From contig JAGQKV010000018.1 of NCBI GenBank assembly GCA_020429915.1, positions 5,770 through 69,769 of the forward strand: a stretch of 64,000 nt of DNA, written 5' to 3'. Positions 39,836-49,562 of the stretch are shown here, piece after piece. The notes beneath the pieces are model-generated. The model searched no databases and had not been told where the DNA came from. It worked only from the letters and a program-made list of their open reading frames with translations. The stretch comes from Candidatus Omnitrophota bacterium. Its GTDB lineage: Bacteria; Omnitrophota; Gorgyraeia; Zapsychrales; Zapsychraceae. How positions within the stretch are numbered: the stretch's first letter is position 1; the number at the start of each line of letters is the position of its first letter. Both the position numbers and the translations under genes were made by a program.

Positions 39836-40352
39836 AGAAGTCACTTTAAATATTAACAGCCGCGATTATCCGCTGACCTTGCGGGGAAACGAAACCCTGC
39901 TCGAAGTACTACGGGATAACCTGGGGCTCACCGGGACCAAGACCGGCTGTGAAGAGTCCGAGTGCGGTCTGTGCACAGTGGCGATTAACGGCAGCGCCGT
40001 GCTGTCGTGTATTTCGCTGGCCGCCGCCTGCACCGGCGCGCGGATCACCACCATCGAAGGGCTGGCGGACGGAGACACGCTGCACCCGTTACAGCAGGCC
40101 TTTCTGGACAAGGGAGCGGTCCAATGCGGCTTCTGTATCCCGGGAATCATCATGTCGGCCAAGGCCCTGCTGGACGTCAACCCCCGGCCGACGCGGGCTG
40201 AGATCGATTACGCCCTGGACGGCAACCTGTGCCGGTGCGCCGGTTATCTGAAGATTATCGAAGCCATCGAGGAGGCCGGAGAGATAATGGCCGGGCAGGG
40301 GCAAAAGCCGGCGAACAATCCGCGCTCCGCGGAAACGAAGTCTGCGAGTTGA
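39828..40352 (+). CDS. molybdenum hydroxylase [2Fe-2S] small subunit (CoxS-like)
   Basis: CEESECGLCTV (plant-type cluster) and QCGFCIPG ... CRCAGY (second cluster). Confidence 0.9.
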   Translation: MSKEVTLNINSRDYPLTLRGNETLLEVLRDNLGLTGTKTGCEESECGLCTVAINGSAVLSCISLAAACTGARITTIEGLADGDTLHPLQQAFLDKGAVQCGFCIPGIIMSAKALLDVNPRPTRAEIDYALDGNLCRCAGYLKIIEAIEEAGEIMAGQGQKPANNPRSAETKSAS

Positions 40353-40355
40353 CCT

Positions 40356-42692
40356 ATGAATATCAAAGTCGATCACAAAAAAGAGTATGTCGATCCGGTG
40401 GGAAAAAGCGTGCCGCGCATCGACGGATTGGGGATGGTCACCGGCCAGACCAAATACGCCTTTGACGTCAGCTTTCCCAATATGCTCGTCGGCAAAATGC
40501 TGCGCTCACCGCATCCCCACGCCAAGATCCTCAGCATCGACACATCCGAGGCCGAAAAACTGCCGGGCGTGCGCGCGATCGTCACTGCCAAAGACACGCA
40601 CAACATCAAGTTCGGTTCGAACGAATATTTCTTCCCGCATACCATCGACCAGATGGCCCTGGAAGCGGACAGGGTGCGATACATCGGCGACGAATTCGGT
40701 GCGGTGGCGGCCGTCGATGAAGAAACCGCGGACCTGGCGTTAAAGCTGATCAAGGTCGAATACGAAAAACTGCCTCACGTCGTCGACGTGCGGGAGGCCA
40801 TGAAGCCGGGCGCGCCGCTCATCCACGAATCCCTCAACAATATCGCCGTTATCCTGCCGGTCAATTTCGGCAACCCCGACCGCGCACTGAAAGCGGCCGA
40901 CTACATCCGCGAAGACGAGTTTTACGCGCCGGCCGCTCATCAAACCGCCATGGAACCGCATGTATGCGTCGGACAATGGGAGACATTTTCGAATAAAGTT
41001 ACGCTCTGGGCCTCAAGCCAGGCCCCGTTCAAATGCCGGGAGGCCTTGGCCAAGACATTGAAGATGGACCTGAACGACGTGCGCGTGATCAAGCTCGCCG
41101 TCGGGGGAGGATTCGGCGGCAAACTGGAAATGCTGCCGATGGATTTTGCGGCGTGCCTGCTCTCAAAGAAGGCCGGCGGACTTCCGGTCAAGATTTGCTA
41201 CAGCAGGGAGGAGGAATTTCTCGCTTCCCGCCGCAAGCACGGCATGATCTACCGTCTGAAGTCCGGCGTTAAAAAGGACGGGACCTTGGTCGCCATAACC
41301 GGCGAGGTGATCGCCGACGGCGGCGCGTATTGCAGCTACGGCCCGACGGTCCTGGCCGCCGCCATCATGCGCATCTTTATGGTGTACCGGATCGAACATT
41401 TCCGCGTCACCGGTTACCGGGTCTATACCAATACTCCGATCAGCGGGGCGATGCGTGGTTTCGGCGGGGTACAGGCCGGATTCGCGATCGAATCGCATAT
41501 GGACATGCTGGCCGCCGGCGTCGGCCTCGATCCGATTGAATTTCGCCTGCGCAACATCACCGGACCTAATATGACGACGATCAATCAAATGAAGCTCACC
41601 ACCAACGGCCTGCGTGAATGTATCGAACGGGCCAGCGCCTCAGCGGAGTGGACCAAGAAAAGAGGACAGCAGCGCGCGAAAAAACGCGGCATCGGCATCG
41701 GCATCGCGGCCGACGTCATGGGATCGAAGATGTACAAATCGCATGAGTCCGCCGGATCAATTGTAAAGGTTGAAGAGGACGGGTCCGTTTATCTGTTCAC
41801 CGGGGCAGCGGACACCGGCCAAGGCTCCAACACGGCGCTGTCGCAAATCGCCGCGCAGGAGCTGGGTGTCAGCTACGGCCGGATCAAATGCAAATCCGGA
41901 GATACCGAGATCACACCGTTTGACACCGGCAGTTTCGCTTCGCGGGTGACTTTCATCTCCGGAAATGCAACGATCCTGGCGGCCAGAGACGCCAAACAAC
42001 AGATTCTGAAAGTGGTCAGTGAAGAAAAGAATCTCGCCTTCGATGACCTGGATATCCGCGCTGAAGAGGTAGTCGTCACATCGAGTGGTGAAGTGATTAT
42101 GGATTTTGACAAGGCGTTGGAACTGGCCTACTCATTCCGCTACGGCCGTCAGATTATCGGCCGGGGGAGTTATAATCCCAAGACCACACCGATCGATTTC
42201 CGGACCGGAGAGGGCAACGTCTCGGGAAGCTACGGTTTTGAGGCCCAGATTGCCGAAGTGGAAGTGGACACCGGGACGGGCGAGGTAACGATCCTGAAAC
42301 TGTGGGACGCGCACGATATCGGGAAGGCCATCAATCCCCAGTCGGTGGAGGGGCAAATTGAGGGATCCTTGGCGATGGGGATCGGCTACACATTCTTGGA
42401 GAACCTCCATTTCGATAAAAAAGGGCGTCCGGCCAACGGGAATTTCGCGAATTACCGTCTGCCCCGCACCATGGGTATCCCGGAAATGGAGTCCATTCTC
42501 GTCGAGACAGACGATCCCGAAGGTCCGTTCGGCGCCAAAGGAATGGGAGAGGCGTCCTTGCTGCCGACATCGGCTGCCATCGCCAACGCCATCGAAGACG
42601 CTATCGGCGTCCGCATCCGGGAGCTGCCCATTACACCCGACAAGATAATAAAAGCGCTGCAAGAAAAAGAGCAACAGGAGAACGAGACATGA
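40356..42692 (+). CDS. molybdopterin-binding large subunit of xanthine dehydrogenase/aldehyde oxidoreductase family
   Basis: GQTKYAFD, AVGGGFGGK, Mo-site region GYRVYTNTPISGAMRGFGG. Confidence 0.9.
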   Translation: MNIKVDHKKEYVDPVGKSVPRIDGLGMVTGQTKYAFDVSFPNMLVGKMLRSPHPHAKILSIDTSEAEKLPGVRAIVTAKDTHNIKFGSNEYFFPHTIDQMALEADRVRYIGDEFGAVAAVDEETADLALKLIKVEYEKLPHVVDVREAMKPGAPLIHESLNNIAVILPVNFGNPDRALKAADYIREDEFYAPAAHQTAMEPHVCVGQWETFSNKVTLWASSQAPFKCREALAKTLKMDLNDVRVIKLAVGGGFGGKLEMLPMDFAACLLSKKAGGLPVKICYSREEEFLASRRKHGMIYRLKSGVKKDGTLVAITGEVIADGGAYCSYGPTVLAAAIMRIFMVYRIEHFRVTGYRVYTNTPISGAMRGFGGVQAGFAIESHMDMLAAGVGLDPIEFRLRNITGPNMTTINQMKLTTNGLRECIERASASAEWTKKRGQQRAKKRGIGIGIAADVMGSKMYKSHESAGSIVKVEEDGSVYLFTGAADTGQGSNTALSQIAAQELGVSYGRIKCKSGDTEITPFDTGSFASRVTFISGNATILAARDAKQQILKVVSEEKNLAFDDLDIRAEEVVVTSSGEVIMDFDKALELAYSFRYGRQIIGRGSYNPKTTPIDFRTGEGNVSGSYGFEAQIAEVEVDTGTGEVTILKLWDAHDIGKAINPQSVEGQIEGSLAMGIGYTFLENLHFDKKGRPANGNFANYRLPRTMGIPEMESILVETDDPEGPFGAKGMGEASLLPTSAAIANAIEDAIGVRIRELPITPDKIIKALQEKEQQENET

Positions 42693-43066
42693 GAACACCG
42701 ACAGTATTATTGCTGCTAGTTTTGACCGCAGCCGCTTCCGGCTGCAGCCTGTACAACGTTACCTCGGAAGAGACGAGCTTGAATTACTATCCGCCCAAGG
42801 ATAGCACCCAGGGCATCGTCTATCAGGAAAAAGTCGACAAGCCGCATGAGGTGATCGGCTACGTGACGGTCAACTCCGAACGCCGGCAAAAGATTGACGA
42901 GATCATCGAACGGATGAAACGTGAAACGGCCATCATGGGGGGAGACGTCATCACAAACCTGCAAAGTGATGCCACCGGTGAATGGAAACGGCTTCCGGCC
43001 CAGGATATCATCGGCAACGCCTACGTCCGCGCTAATTTCCGCGCTACAGTCGTTATCTTAAAGTAA
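42689..43066 (+). CDS. lipoprotein, hypothetical; translationally coupled to the Mo subunit (4-nt overlap)
   Basis: Lipobox LTAAASGC. Confidence 0.6.
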   Translation: MRTPTVLLLLVLTAAASGCSLYNVTSEETSLNYYPPKDSTQGIVYQEKVDKPHEVIGYVTVNSERRQKIDEIIERMKRETAIMGGDVITNLQSDATGEWKRLPAQDIIGNAYVRANFRATVVILK

Positions 43067-43149
43067 TCCGCCGGTTAATATATCTCCGACAGGCATTTTC
43101 ACGCGTCGCGTTCGTGCTCGCGGGAAAATGCCTGTTTTTCTATCCGTAA

Positions 43150-43743
43150 TTAAAGCTTGAGCTTGGCGCGCCAGGCGAGCAATTCCGCCGGCGTGTTGAA
43201 AGTAGCGATCACGCCGGGATCATCGACCGGACAGTCGCGGCAACGGTCGCGGTGACGGTGCTGGACCGTGTTCAGTCCGAGGCCGGGATCCAGCGCCAGG
43301 AATTCATCGATGAGATCGGCCGGAAATAAAGGCGGATGACCCCGTTTTCCGTCAAATGTCGGGATCACGATATCGGCAGGATGTTGTGATAAAATTTCAC
43401 TCAACCGAAGCAGAGTCGCGCGGCACAAAAACGGATAATCAACCGGCAGCAACCATACCCCCGTAACCGCCTTGCTCAACTGACGTAAACCGCACTGAAA
43501 TGAAGAAGTTTGACCAAATTTGTGATCTTTGTTATGGACAACGTTTACCCGGCTGTGATTTAATAGAAGCGGTTCAATTTCTTCGGATCGCGCCCCTAGC
43601 ACGACGATCAGTTCCTCACAACCCGCGGCCAGCACTGTCTCTTGCAATAACTGAATCAGAGGGCGCCCGTTGATATCGGTCACGGCTTTCGGTTTGCCGA
43701 ATCGCCGACTTTGTCCCGCAGCTAGTAGTATGCATGCCAACAT
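43150..43743 (-). CDS. mocA: molybdenum cofactor cytidylyltransferase (MobA-like NTP transferase)
   Basis: MLACILLAAGQSRRFGKPKAV ... GRPLI. Start taken at M65 of the track ORF. Confidence 0.75.
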   Translation of the reverse strand: MLACILLAAGQSRRFGKPKAVTDINGRPLIQLLQETVLAAGCEELIVVLGARSEEIEPLLLNHSRVNVVHNKDHKFGQTSSFQCGLRQLSKAVTGVWLLPVDYPFLCRATLLRLSEILSQHPADIVIPTFDGKRGHPPLFPADLIDEFLALDPGLGLNTVQHRHRDRCRDCPVDDPGVIATFNTPAELLAWRAKLKL

Positions 43744-43827
43744 GCGCACAGTATAGCGCTGTGATGACCGTTCTGTCAAACAGGCCAAATCATGTGGCCC
43801 AGGCCCAACCGCAGGAGATAGCTCACC

Positions 43828-45084
43828 TTGACATTGACGACAATCTTTTTTATCATGTGCGGCGTTTGTGTCGTAGGCATTATGGTTGCCCTGTGGATAT
43901 TGCAGCAGGAAGCTTCCGGTAACGCCGGCATCCAAAAACTCTCACCGGATGAACTCAAGAATTACGATCCCGCGACAGAAACACTGAAGAAGAGGCAAGG
44001 CGGGACCGCCACGCAGGCGCCGCCCAAGAAATCAGCTAAGCCCAAAAGGCCGCGTGTCGCTTTGCAGGGACTCTTCGGGGGACAAAAAGGCGGTGAATCC
44101 CCCGTGCGGTTGGACGCCATTGAAGCCGCGCCGGACCTCCCCGAGGATAAGCCGAAGAAAAAGTCTTTTTTGGGTAAGCTCAGCCTGCGCAAATCCAAGC
44201 CCAGCCCGCTGGACGATATCCCGCGTCCAACGACATTTCCCGGTCTGCATAGGAAAGAAACAGAGATATCATCACCGGGCCTGTCCGAAGGCACGGCGGC
44301 CATGACCACCCAAAAACCGCCCGTATCATCATCACACTTGGGGAGCCCCCCCGGAGCACCTCCGCCGCCGAAGCCCGCAGCACCTGCACCGGGACCTGCG
44401 AACGCCCAGCCGGTTCTCCCGATTGAAGAAGAATTTCAGCAGACGAAATCATCGGCCGGAGGTGGACAAAGTGATGCGTCGTCACGTCAACGCGAGCACC
44501 TGGCCACGGTCCAGCTGGATGAATGGAAGCAAAAATACGAGCGTCTGGACAAGCTCTTCCAAGAAAAGAGCAGCCAGTTCGCCCAAGCCGAGTCTCAATT
44601 GGCCAACGAGAAACAAAATCGTGATGATTTCTTCAAACTCAAATCAATTCTCGAAAACGAGATCCAGGAAGTCAAGGATCACGCCCGGGACCTGCAGCAC
44701 ACGCTGAAAAACGCTCAAATGGAGACAGAGCAGCAAAAAGTCCAGGCTCAACAGCTACGGGACAAGGTGCGCATCCTGGAGGAGGAAATTCAGCGCAAGA
44801 ATTCCCAGTTAAAAGATGCCCCGGGCGACGCCCGGAAGGATCAAGCCCCCCCTCAAAGCCCCCCTCTCGGCAATTTAAACGAACAAAACGACAGGGAGGA
44901 GGCCGCACGAAAAGATGGTTCCCCTGACCCTGATCCTATGGTAAACTTACCCCAAGATCAGAATCCAGAGGCAGGTGCGAACGACGGACAGGGCCCCGCG
45001 GCCACTCAGCGCCCCCCCGTCGAAGGCCCGCAACCCCCGCCACCACCCGGTTCTGATTCGTCATCGGAAGACAAACGGTTTTAA
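43828..45084 (+). CDS. membrane-anchored Pro-rich / coiled-coil hypothetical protein
   Basis: N-terminal TM, a long Pro/Lys-rich linker, and a heptad-like Q/E/K-rich segment. Confidence 0.55.
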   Translation: MTLTTIFFIMCGVCVVGIMVALWILQQEASGNAGIQKLSPDELKNYDPATETLKKRQGGTATQAPPKKSAKPKRPRVALQGLFGGQKGGESPVRLDAIEAAPDLPEDKPKKKSFLGKLSLRKSKPSPLDDIPRPTTFPGLHRKETEISSPGLSEGTAAMTTQKPPVSSSHLGSPPGAPPPPKPAAPAPGPANAQPVLPIEEEFQQTKSSAGGGQSDASSRQREHLATVQLDEWKQKYERLDKLFQEKSSQFAQAESQLANEKQNRDDFFKLKSILENEIQEVKDHARDLQHTLKNAQMETEQQKVQAQQLRDKVRILEEEIQRKNSQLKDAPGDARKDQAPPQSPPLGNLNEQNDREEAARKDGSPDPDPMVNLPQDQNPEAGANDGQGPAATQRPPVEGPQPPPPPGSDSSSEDKRF

Positions 45085-45122
45085 TTATCTCACGCAAACC
45101 CCGTAACAAAGGATGTGTCCTC

Positions 45123-45680
45123 ATGAAAAAGTGGATCCCTGTGCTTTTCATCACATTAGCTGCATTTCTGGTGATCGGCCTGACAGCACGCCAGTCAGCC
45201 GCACAAAATGAGATCTATGTCATCTTGCAAACCACGCAAGGGGATATTCAGTTGAAACTGTTCCCGGATGTCGCCCCTAAGGCAGTTGAGAACTTCGTTG
45301 GTCATGTGAACAATGGCTATTACAACGGCCTGATTTTTCACCGTGTCATCCCCAATTTCATGATCCAGGGCGGCGATCCCACGGGGACCGGACGCGGCGG
45401 CGAGAGCATTTGGGGAGGTAAATTCCGCGATGAAACCAGCCCGAACGTCACCTTCAGTAAGCCGGGATTGCTGGCCATGGCCAATGCCGGACCGAACACA
45501 AACGGGTCGCAATTCTTCATCACGACCGTTCCGACCCCGTGGTTGAACGGTAAACACACCATATTTGGGGAAGTCGTGGAAGGCATGAGTGTCGTCAAGG
45601 CCCTGGAAAGCGTACCCACCGCACAGGGCAATCGTCCCCGCGAAAAGCAGGAAATTTTCAACGCTTACGTCGTCCAGTAA
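45123..45680 (+). CDS. ppiA: secreted cyclophilin-type peptidyl-prolyl isomerase
   Basis: Signal peptide. [27 protein letters not shown] ... NGSQFFITT. Confidence 0.9.
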   Translation: MKKWIPVLFITLAAFLVIGLTARQSAAQNEIYVILQTTQGDIQLKLFPDVAPKAVENFVGHVNNGYYNGLIFHRVIPNFMIQGGDPTGTGRGGESIWGGKFRDETSPNVTFSKPGLLAMANAGPNTNGSQFFITTVPTPWLNGKHTIFGEVVEGMSVVKALESVPTAQGNRPREKQEIFNAYVVQ

Positions 45681-45694
45681 TCAAATCTCCGCAC

Positions 45695-46510
45695 ATGAAT
45701 CAGGATTTCATCAATCACGCCCGGCTCGCCATCAAGGCGGGCCGGCGTTGCGCCTTTGCCACGGTCGTGGAAAGTACCGTAAAAGGTACGCCCCGCAAGG
45801 CCGGAGCCAAAATGATCGTTTTCGAAGACGGTTCGACCCACGGCACGATCGGAGGGGGACGCAACGAAAAAGATGTCATTGCCCGTTGCCTCGAAGCTAT
45901 CGGCAAGAGCGAAACCCGTCTGATGACCTACGATTACTTCGGCCGCAAGGGCGAATCGGTCTGCGGGGGACAAATCCGGATATTTATCGAACCGCTCATC
46001 CAAGTACGAAAATTTATCCTCGTCGGGGCCGGGCATATCGCCTTGCCGCTTTCGCTCATCGTTAAGAGCCTGGACTATCACCTGACGATTATCGACAGCC
46101 GCCGGGCGTTTGCCAATCCGCAAAGGATGCCTTGGGCCGACAGAATCCTAGTCGGAAAGCCTACCGCTCAACTGAAGAAATGCCGCATAGACGGCCTCAC
46201 CGACATCATGATCGTTACACATGGAAATGAACACGATTATGAGGCCTTGCAAGCGGTCATTTGCACTCCGGAGATCGGCTATCTCGGCTGCATCTCCAGC
46301 CAGGCGAAACGAGTCAAATTCTTCAGGCGGTTGAGGGAGGACGGCGTGGCCGAAAAGTACCTAAGGAGGATATCCATCCCGGCCGGACTCGATCTCGGCG
46401 CCCAGACACCCGCTGAAATTGCCGTATCCATCGCCGCGGAGCTGATCCGCAGAAATAATCCGGACGCGACCGGTACCGACAAATTCCGGACGAAAGATTT
46501 AAAAGGTTAA
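45695..46510 (+). CDS. xdhC: XdhC/CoxI-family molybdenum hydroxylase maturation factor
   Basis: N-terminal XdhC_CoxI-like segment (ATVV ... GS.PR..GAKM) and Rossmann FILVGAGHIALPL. Confidence 0.75.
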   Translation: MNQDFINHARLAIKAGRRCAFATVVESTVKGTPRKAGAKMIVFEDGSTHGTIGGGRNEKDVIARCLEAIGKSETRLMTYDYFGRKGESVCGGQIRIFIEPLIQVRKFILVGAGHIALPLSLIVKSLDYHLTIIDSRRAFANPQRMPWADRILVGKPTAQLKKCRIDGLTDIMIVTHGNEHDYEALQAVICTPEIGYLGCISSQAKRVKFFRRLREDGVAEKYLRRISIPAGLDLGAQTPAEIAVSIAAELIRRNNPDATGTDKFRTKDLKG

Positions 46511-46542
46511 TCCGCTAAAACTTCAAAAAAAGGACGAACAAG

Positions 46543-46956
46543 ATGACCAAAGAGGATGTAATCGATCTGATTCGTGATACAGGGTTTGGATTTCTTGGGA
46601 CAACGGAAGGAGATCAGCCGCGTGTCCGGCCGATGATGCCATACCTGACGGATGACAACCGTCTGCTGGTTGCCATGCTCGGACGATCGCGGACGATCGC
46701 GCAGGTGGAGGCCAATCCTCATGTGGAGATCTGTTTTGTTGACCGGAAGATGTGGTACGCCCGTATCACCGGCAAAGCTCAAATATCAGAAGACCAGGCA
46801 GGGAAGCAATTGCTGTGGGATGCCATTCCCATGTTGAAGCAATATTTCGGCGGCGTGGAAGACCCGAACTTTAATCTCATGGAAATTGATATCACCCATG
46901 TCGAAGCCATGACACCCCACCAAAAAGAACCGGAGAGCGTGCCGTTTAACAACTGA
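46543..46956 (+). CDS. pyridoxamine-5'-phosphate-oxidase-like FMN-binding split-barrel protein
   Basis: Size and pattern (GFLGT ... PRVRPM ... VEICF). Confidence 0.65.
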   Translation: MTKEDVIDLIRDTGFGFLGTTEGDQPRVRPMMPYLTDDNRLLVAMLGRSRTIAQVEANPHVEICFVDRKMWYARITGKAQISEDQAGKQLLWDAIPMLKQYFGGVEDPNFNLMEIDITHVEAMTPHQKEPESVPFNN

Positions 46957-47198
46957 TCCCGTATCAGGAGTCAAACAAAGAACGCGGACAGCCGTATTGA
47001 TACGGCCGATCATGATTCCCCGGGGATAACCATTCCAGACATTGCACAACGGGAAAGCTCATCAAATAATCTATAAAGACGATCCATATAAACCTCTAAT
47101 ATCCGGCCTCCACACGCATCAACTTAACATAAGATGTATTATGTGCAGTTTCGAGAAGATGAAAATCAGATGAAGTTCACCCAAGGTACCACCTTGAT

Positions 47199-47600
47199 TT
47201 ACTGGTCTTTGCGGGTGTACTTGAGAATATTTTCGCGCAGGACTTTTTCCACATCCCCAACCTCGGCAGGCTTTCGGTCTTTCTTGGGAAGATTCTTTTG
47301 GCGCACCCCGACTTGTACGTCTCCAATCCGGATCCTCAGACAGCAACCTTCCACAATGGCGGTCGCCAACACCTTTCGCGCATTCCTCAGTATCCGGCCA
47401 AAACTGGCGCGCGAAATCCCCATGGCTTGAGCGCCTTCCGACTGATCATAACCTTGATAATCAGCCAGCTTGAGCGCCTCAAATTCGTCGACTTTTAGCT
47501 CAATTTCGTCAGGACGGCCGGGCCGGCCGCGCGGCGAAAAGAGCGCCACCGGCGGCATTTCCTGGATATATCGGACTTTTTTTCGTCGGCCTTTACGCAT
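47199..47600 (-). CDS. DUF134/UPF0251 predicted DNA-binding protein
   Basis: RKGRRKKVRYIQEMP ... FSPRG ... DEFEALKLADYQGYDQSEGAQAMGISRASFGRIL. Confidence 0.75.
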   Translation of the reverse strand: MRKGRRKKVRYIQEMPPVALFSPRGRPGRPDEIELKVDEFEALKLADYQGYDQSEGAQAMGISRASFGRILRNARKVLATAIVEGCCLRIRIGDVQVGVRQKNLPKKDRKPAEVGDVEKVLRENILKYTRKDQ

Positions 47601-47639
47601 TTTGAGCTGGCACCTTTTTTAACGCACCGGTTGTTATTG

Positions 47640-47685
47640 GCATATGCTCATATCAACACACGCCTTCATATAAGCATATGCTTAT
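47640..47685. promoter_or_regulatory. two GCATATGC-core palindromes (8-bp at 47640-47647; 16-bp perfect ATAAGCATATGCTTAT at 47670-47685) 40-85 bp upstream of the DUF134 gene
   Basis: Palindromes read directly. Candidate operator sites. Confidence 0.4.
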
Positions 47686-47751
47686 TGTAACGAAGCAGCC
47701 GGATCATGACCACTCTGATCTGCATTATTTTATGGGCTTTGGACGGGAACT

Positions 47752-48612
47752 CTACCGTTCGGAAGCGGCCCACAACCGGGTGAAATAATCCTCGTTTATG
47801 GTTCCGTCAGTGTAGATATTCAGAAATTGCTTCAGGTAGGATATTTTCTTTTGCAAAATGTCGTCCTTCGCGGCCCAACGCTGGATCAACCGCGACTGCG
47901 AACGCACAAATAAACAGGCAAACACTTCAGCTTTATCTTCATAGGGCGACATCATCGCGTAGTAAGTCACGAAACCTTTCCGTGTGGGAGCAAAGTAATT
48001 AGCCTGATTAGGCTCGGGATCTACGTGAACCTTCCCCTTTCGCACATACTCGAAATCCGAGGCATTGAGCTCTTCCCAACCCACTTTTTCCTGCCAATAA
48101 AAAGAATTCGTATCGATGACATGGAAGAATTCGTGATGGATATTATGGCGCTGAGCCATCTCTCCTCCATACTGCCGGGCGAAGTCAAAGAAAATGATTT
48201 TATGGCGATAATCGTAGATACCTTGCGCGTTCTTGTCTTCCCTAAACAAACTTTTGACCAAATAAATGGATTCCAACTGCGCAGGACGCAGAAAATTGGG
48301 CGGGTACTTGTTCAACTCTTCTTGCAAGAGAAGTAAAAACCGATATACGCGTCCGTAGTCTTTGGGCGCAGCCTCCCTCAAACTGATTTGAGTCTGATCA
48401 ATATCGTCCGGATCTAAATTCTCGAATTCAATGCCGACGCGGTGGTCACTTCTCACTTGTTCTATGATTCTAAGAATATCCTGCCGGAGAGACTGTTGTT
48501 GGCGAGAAAAAACGGGATGAGTAAGTAACGGATCAGACGCAGCCTCCGCGACGGAGACGCACAGCAGAACGCCGAGAAGCGCGATCTTTAGAGTTTGACA
48601 TCCTTGAGCCAT
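47752..48612 (-). CDS. secreted hypothetical protein with HExxH motif (HEFFH), possible zinc metallopeptidase
   Basis: Signal peptide after M8. NIHHEFFHVID. Last gene of a galE-epimerase operon. Confidence 0.5.
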   Translation of the reverse strand: MAQGCQTLKIALLGVLLCVSVAEAASDPLLTHPVFSRQQQSLRQDILRIIEQVRSDHRVGIEFENLDPDDIDQTQISLREAAPKDYGRVYRFLLLLQEELNKYPPNFLRPAQLESIYLVKSLFREDKNAQGIYDYRHKIIFFDFARQYGGEMAQRHNIHHEFFHVIDTNSFYWQEKVGWEELNASDFEYVRKGKVHVDPEPNQANYFAPTRKGFVTYYAMMSPYEDKAEVFACLFVRSQSRLIQRWAAKDDILQKKISYLKQFLNIYTDGTINEDYFTRLWAASER

Positions 48613-49562
48613 TGGCGATTGGCCAAATACCATTCTACCGTGCGCTTAACCCCCGCCTCCAGCTCGATCTTAGGCTGCCACTTCAGAATCTTCTTGGCCT
48701 TGGAGATATCGGCCCAGGTGGACTTGATATCGGTCTTGTGAAAGGCCATTTGCTTGATCCGCGCCTGTTTGCCAAGATGACCTTCGATGAGTTGAATGAC
48801 ATAATTCAGAGAATACGGCTTGTTCCCTCCGCCGAGATTCATCACCTCAAATCCCACCCGGCGTAGCGCCTTAATAGTGCCCTTGGCGATATCGTCGACG
48901 TAGGTAAAATCCCGGCTTTGGGACCCGTCACCAAATAGCTCCATCGGCTTGCCCTCATCGATCCATTTGATAAACCGGAACATGCACATGTCGGGCCTCC
49001 CCGCCGGACCGTAGACGGTAAAATAGCGCACCACCGAGACGTCGATCCCGTACAAGAAGTGGTAGGTATAGCAGGTCACCTCTGCCGCCTTTTTACTGGC
49101 TGCGTAAGAAGATATCGGCGTGTTAACCGGCAAACCTTCCGTAAACGGCATTTTCTGGCCGGCATACAGAGATGACGTCGAAGCCAGCACAAATTTCTTC
49201 ACGCCGAAATCCTTGCACAACTCCAGGAGATTCAACGTCCCTTGGGTATTGGTTGTGAAATAGACGTGCGGATTAATCATACTGTAGCGGACTCCGGCCC
49301 GGGCCGCGAGATTCACGACCGCATCGATCGAGTAGCGCTGAAACAGTCGCCTCAAACCGGGCAGATTCTCGATATCCAGTTTATGAAAAGTAAAATTGGG
49401 CAATTTCTTCAGCGCCCGCAGACGGTGTTGCTTAACACGAACATCATAGTAGTCATTCACATTGTCCACGCCGATAACCGCGACGTTCTTCCGTCCGGAC
49501 AACAATTCCGCCGTCTTGGACCCGATAAAACCGGCCGCGCCGGTGAGCAATATCGTCTTCAT
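48588..49562 (-). CDS. NAD-dependent nucleotide-sugar epimerase (UDP-glucuronate 4-epimerase-like)
   Basis: GAAGFIGS ... YAASK catalytic YxxxK. SDR-extended fold. Confidence 0.85.
   Translation of the reverse strand: MKTILLTGAAGFIGSKTAELLSGRKNVAVIGVDNVNDYYDVRVKQHRLRALKKLPNFTFHKLDIENLPGLRRLFQRYSIDAVVNLAARAGVRYSMINPHVYFTTNTQGTLNLLELCKDFGVKKFVLASTSSLYAGQKMPFTEGLPVNTPISSYAASKKAAEVTCYTYHFLYGIDVSVVRYFTVYGPAGRPDMCMFRFIKWIDEGKPMELFGDGSQSRDFTYVDDIAKGTIKALRRVGFEVMNLGGGNKPYSLNYVIQLIEGHLGKQARIKQMAFHKTDIKSTWADISKAKKILKWQPKIELEAGVKRTVEWYLANRQWLKDVKL

Noticed and set aside
47604-47620. TGGCAC sigma-54 -24-like element near the DUF134 start
   Set aside because: It is on the wrong strand for the gene, and the -12 GC element is absent at the required spacing.
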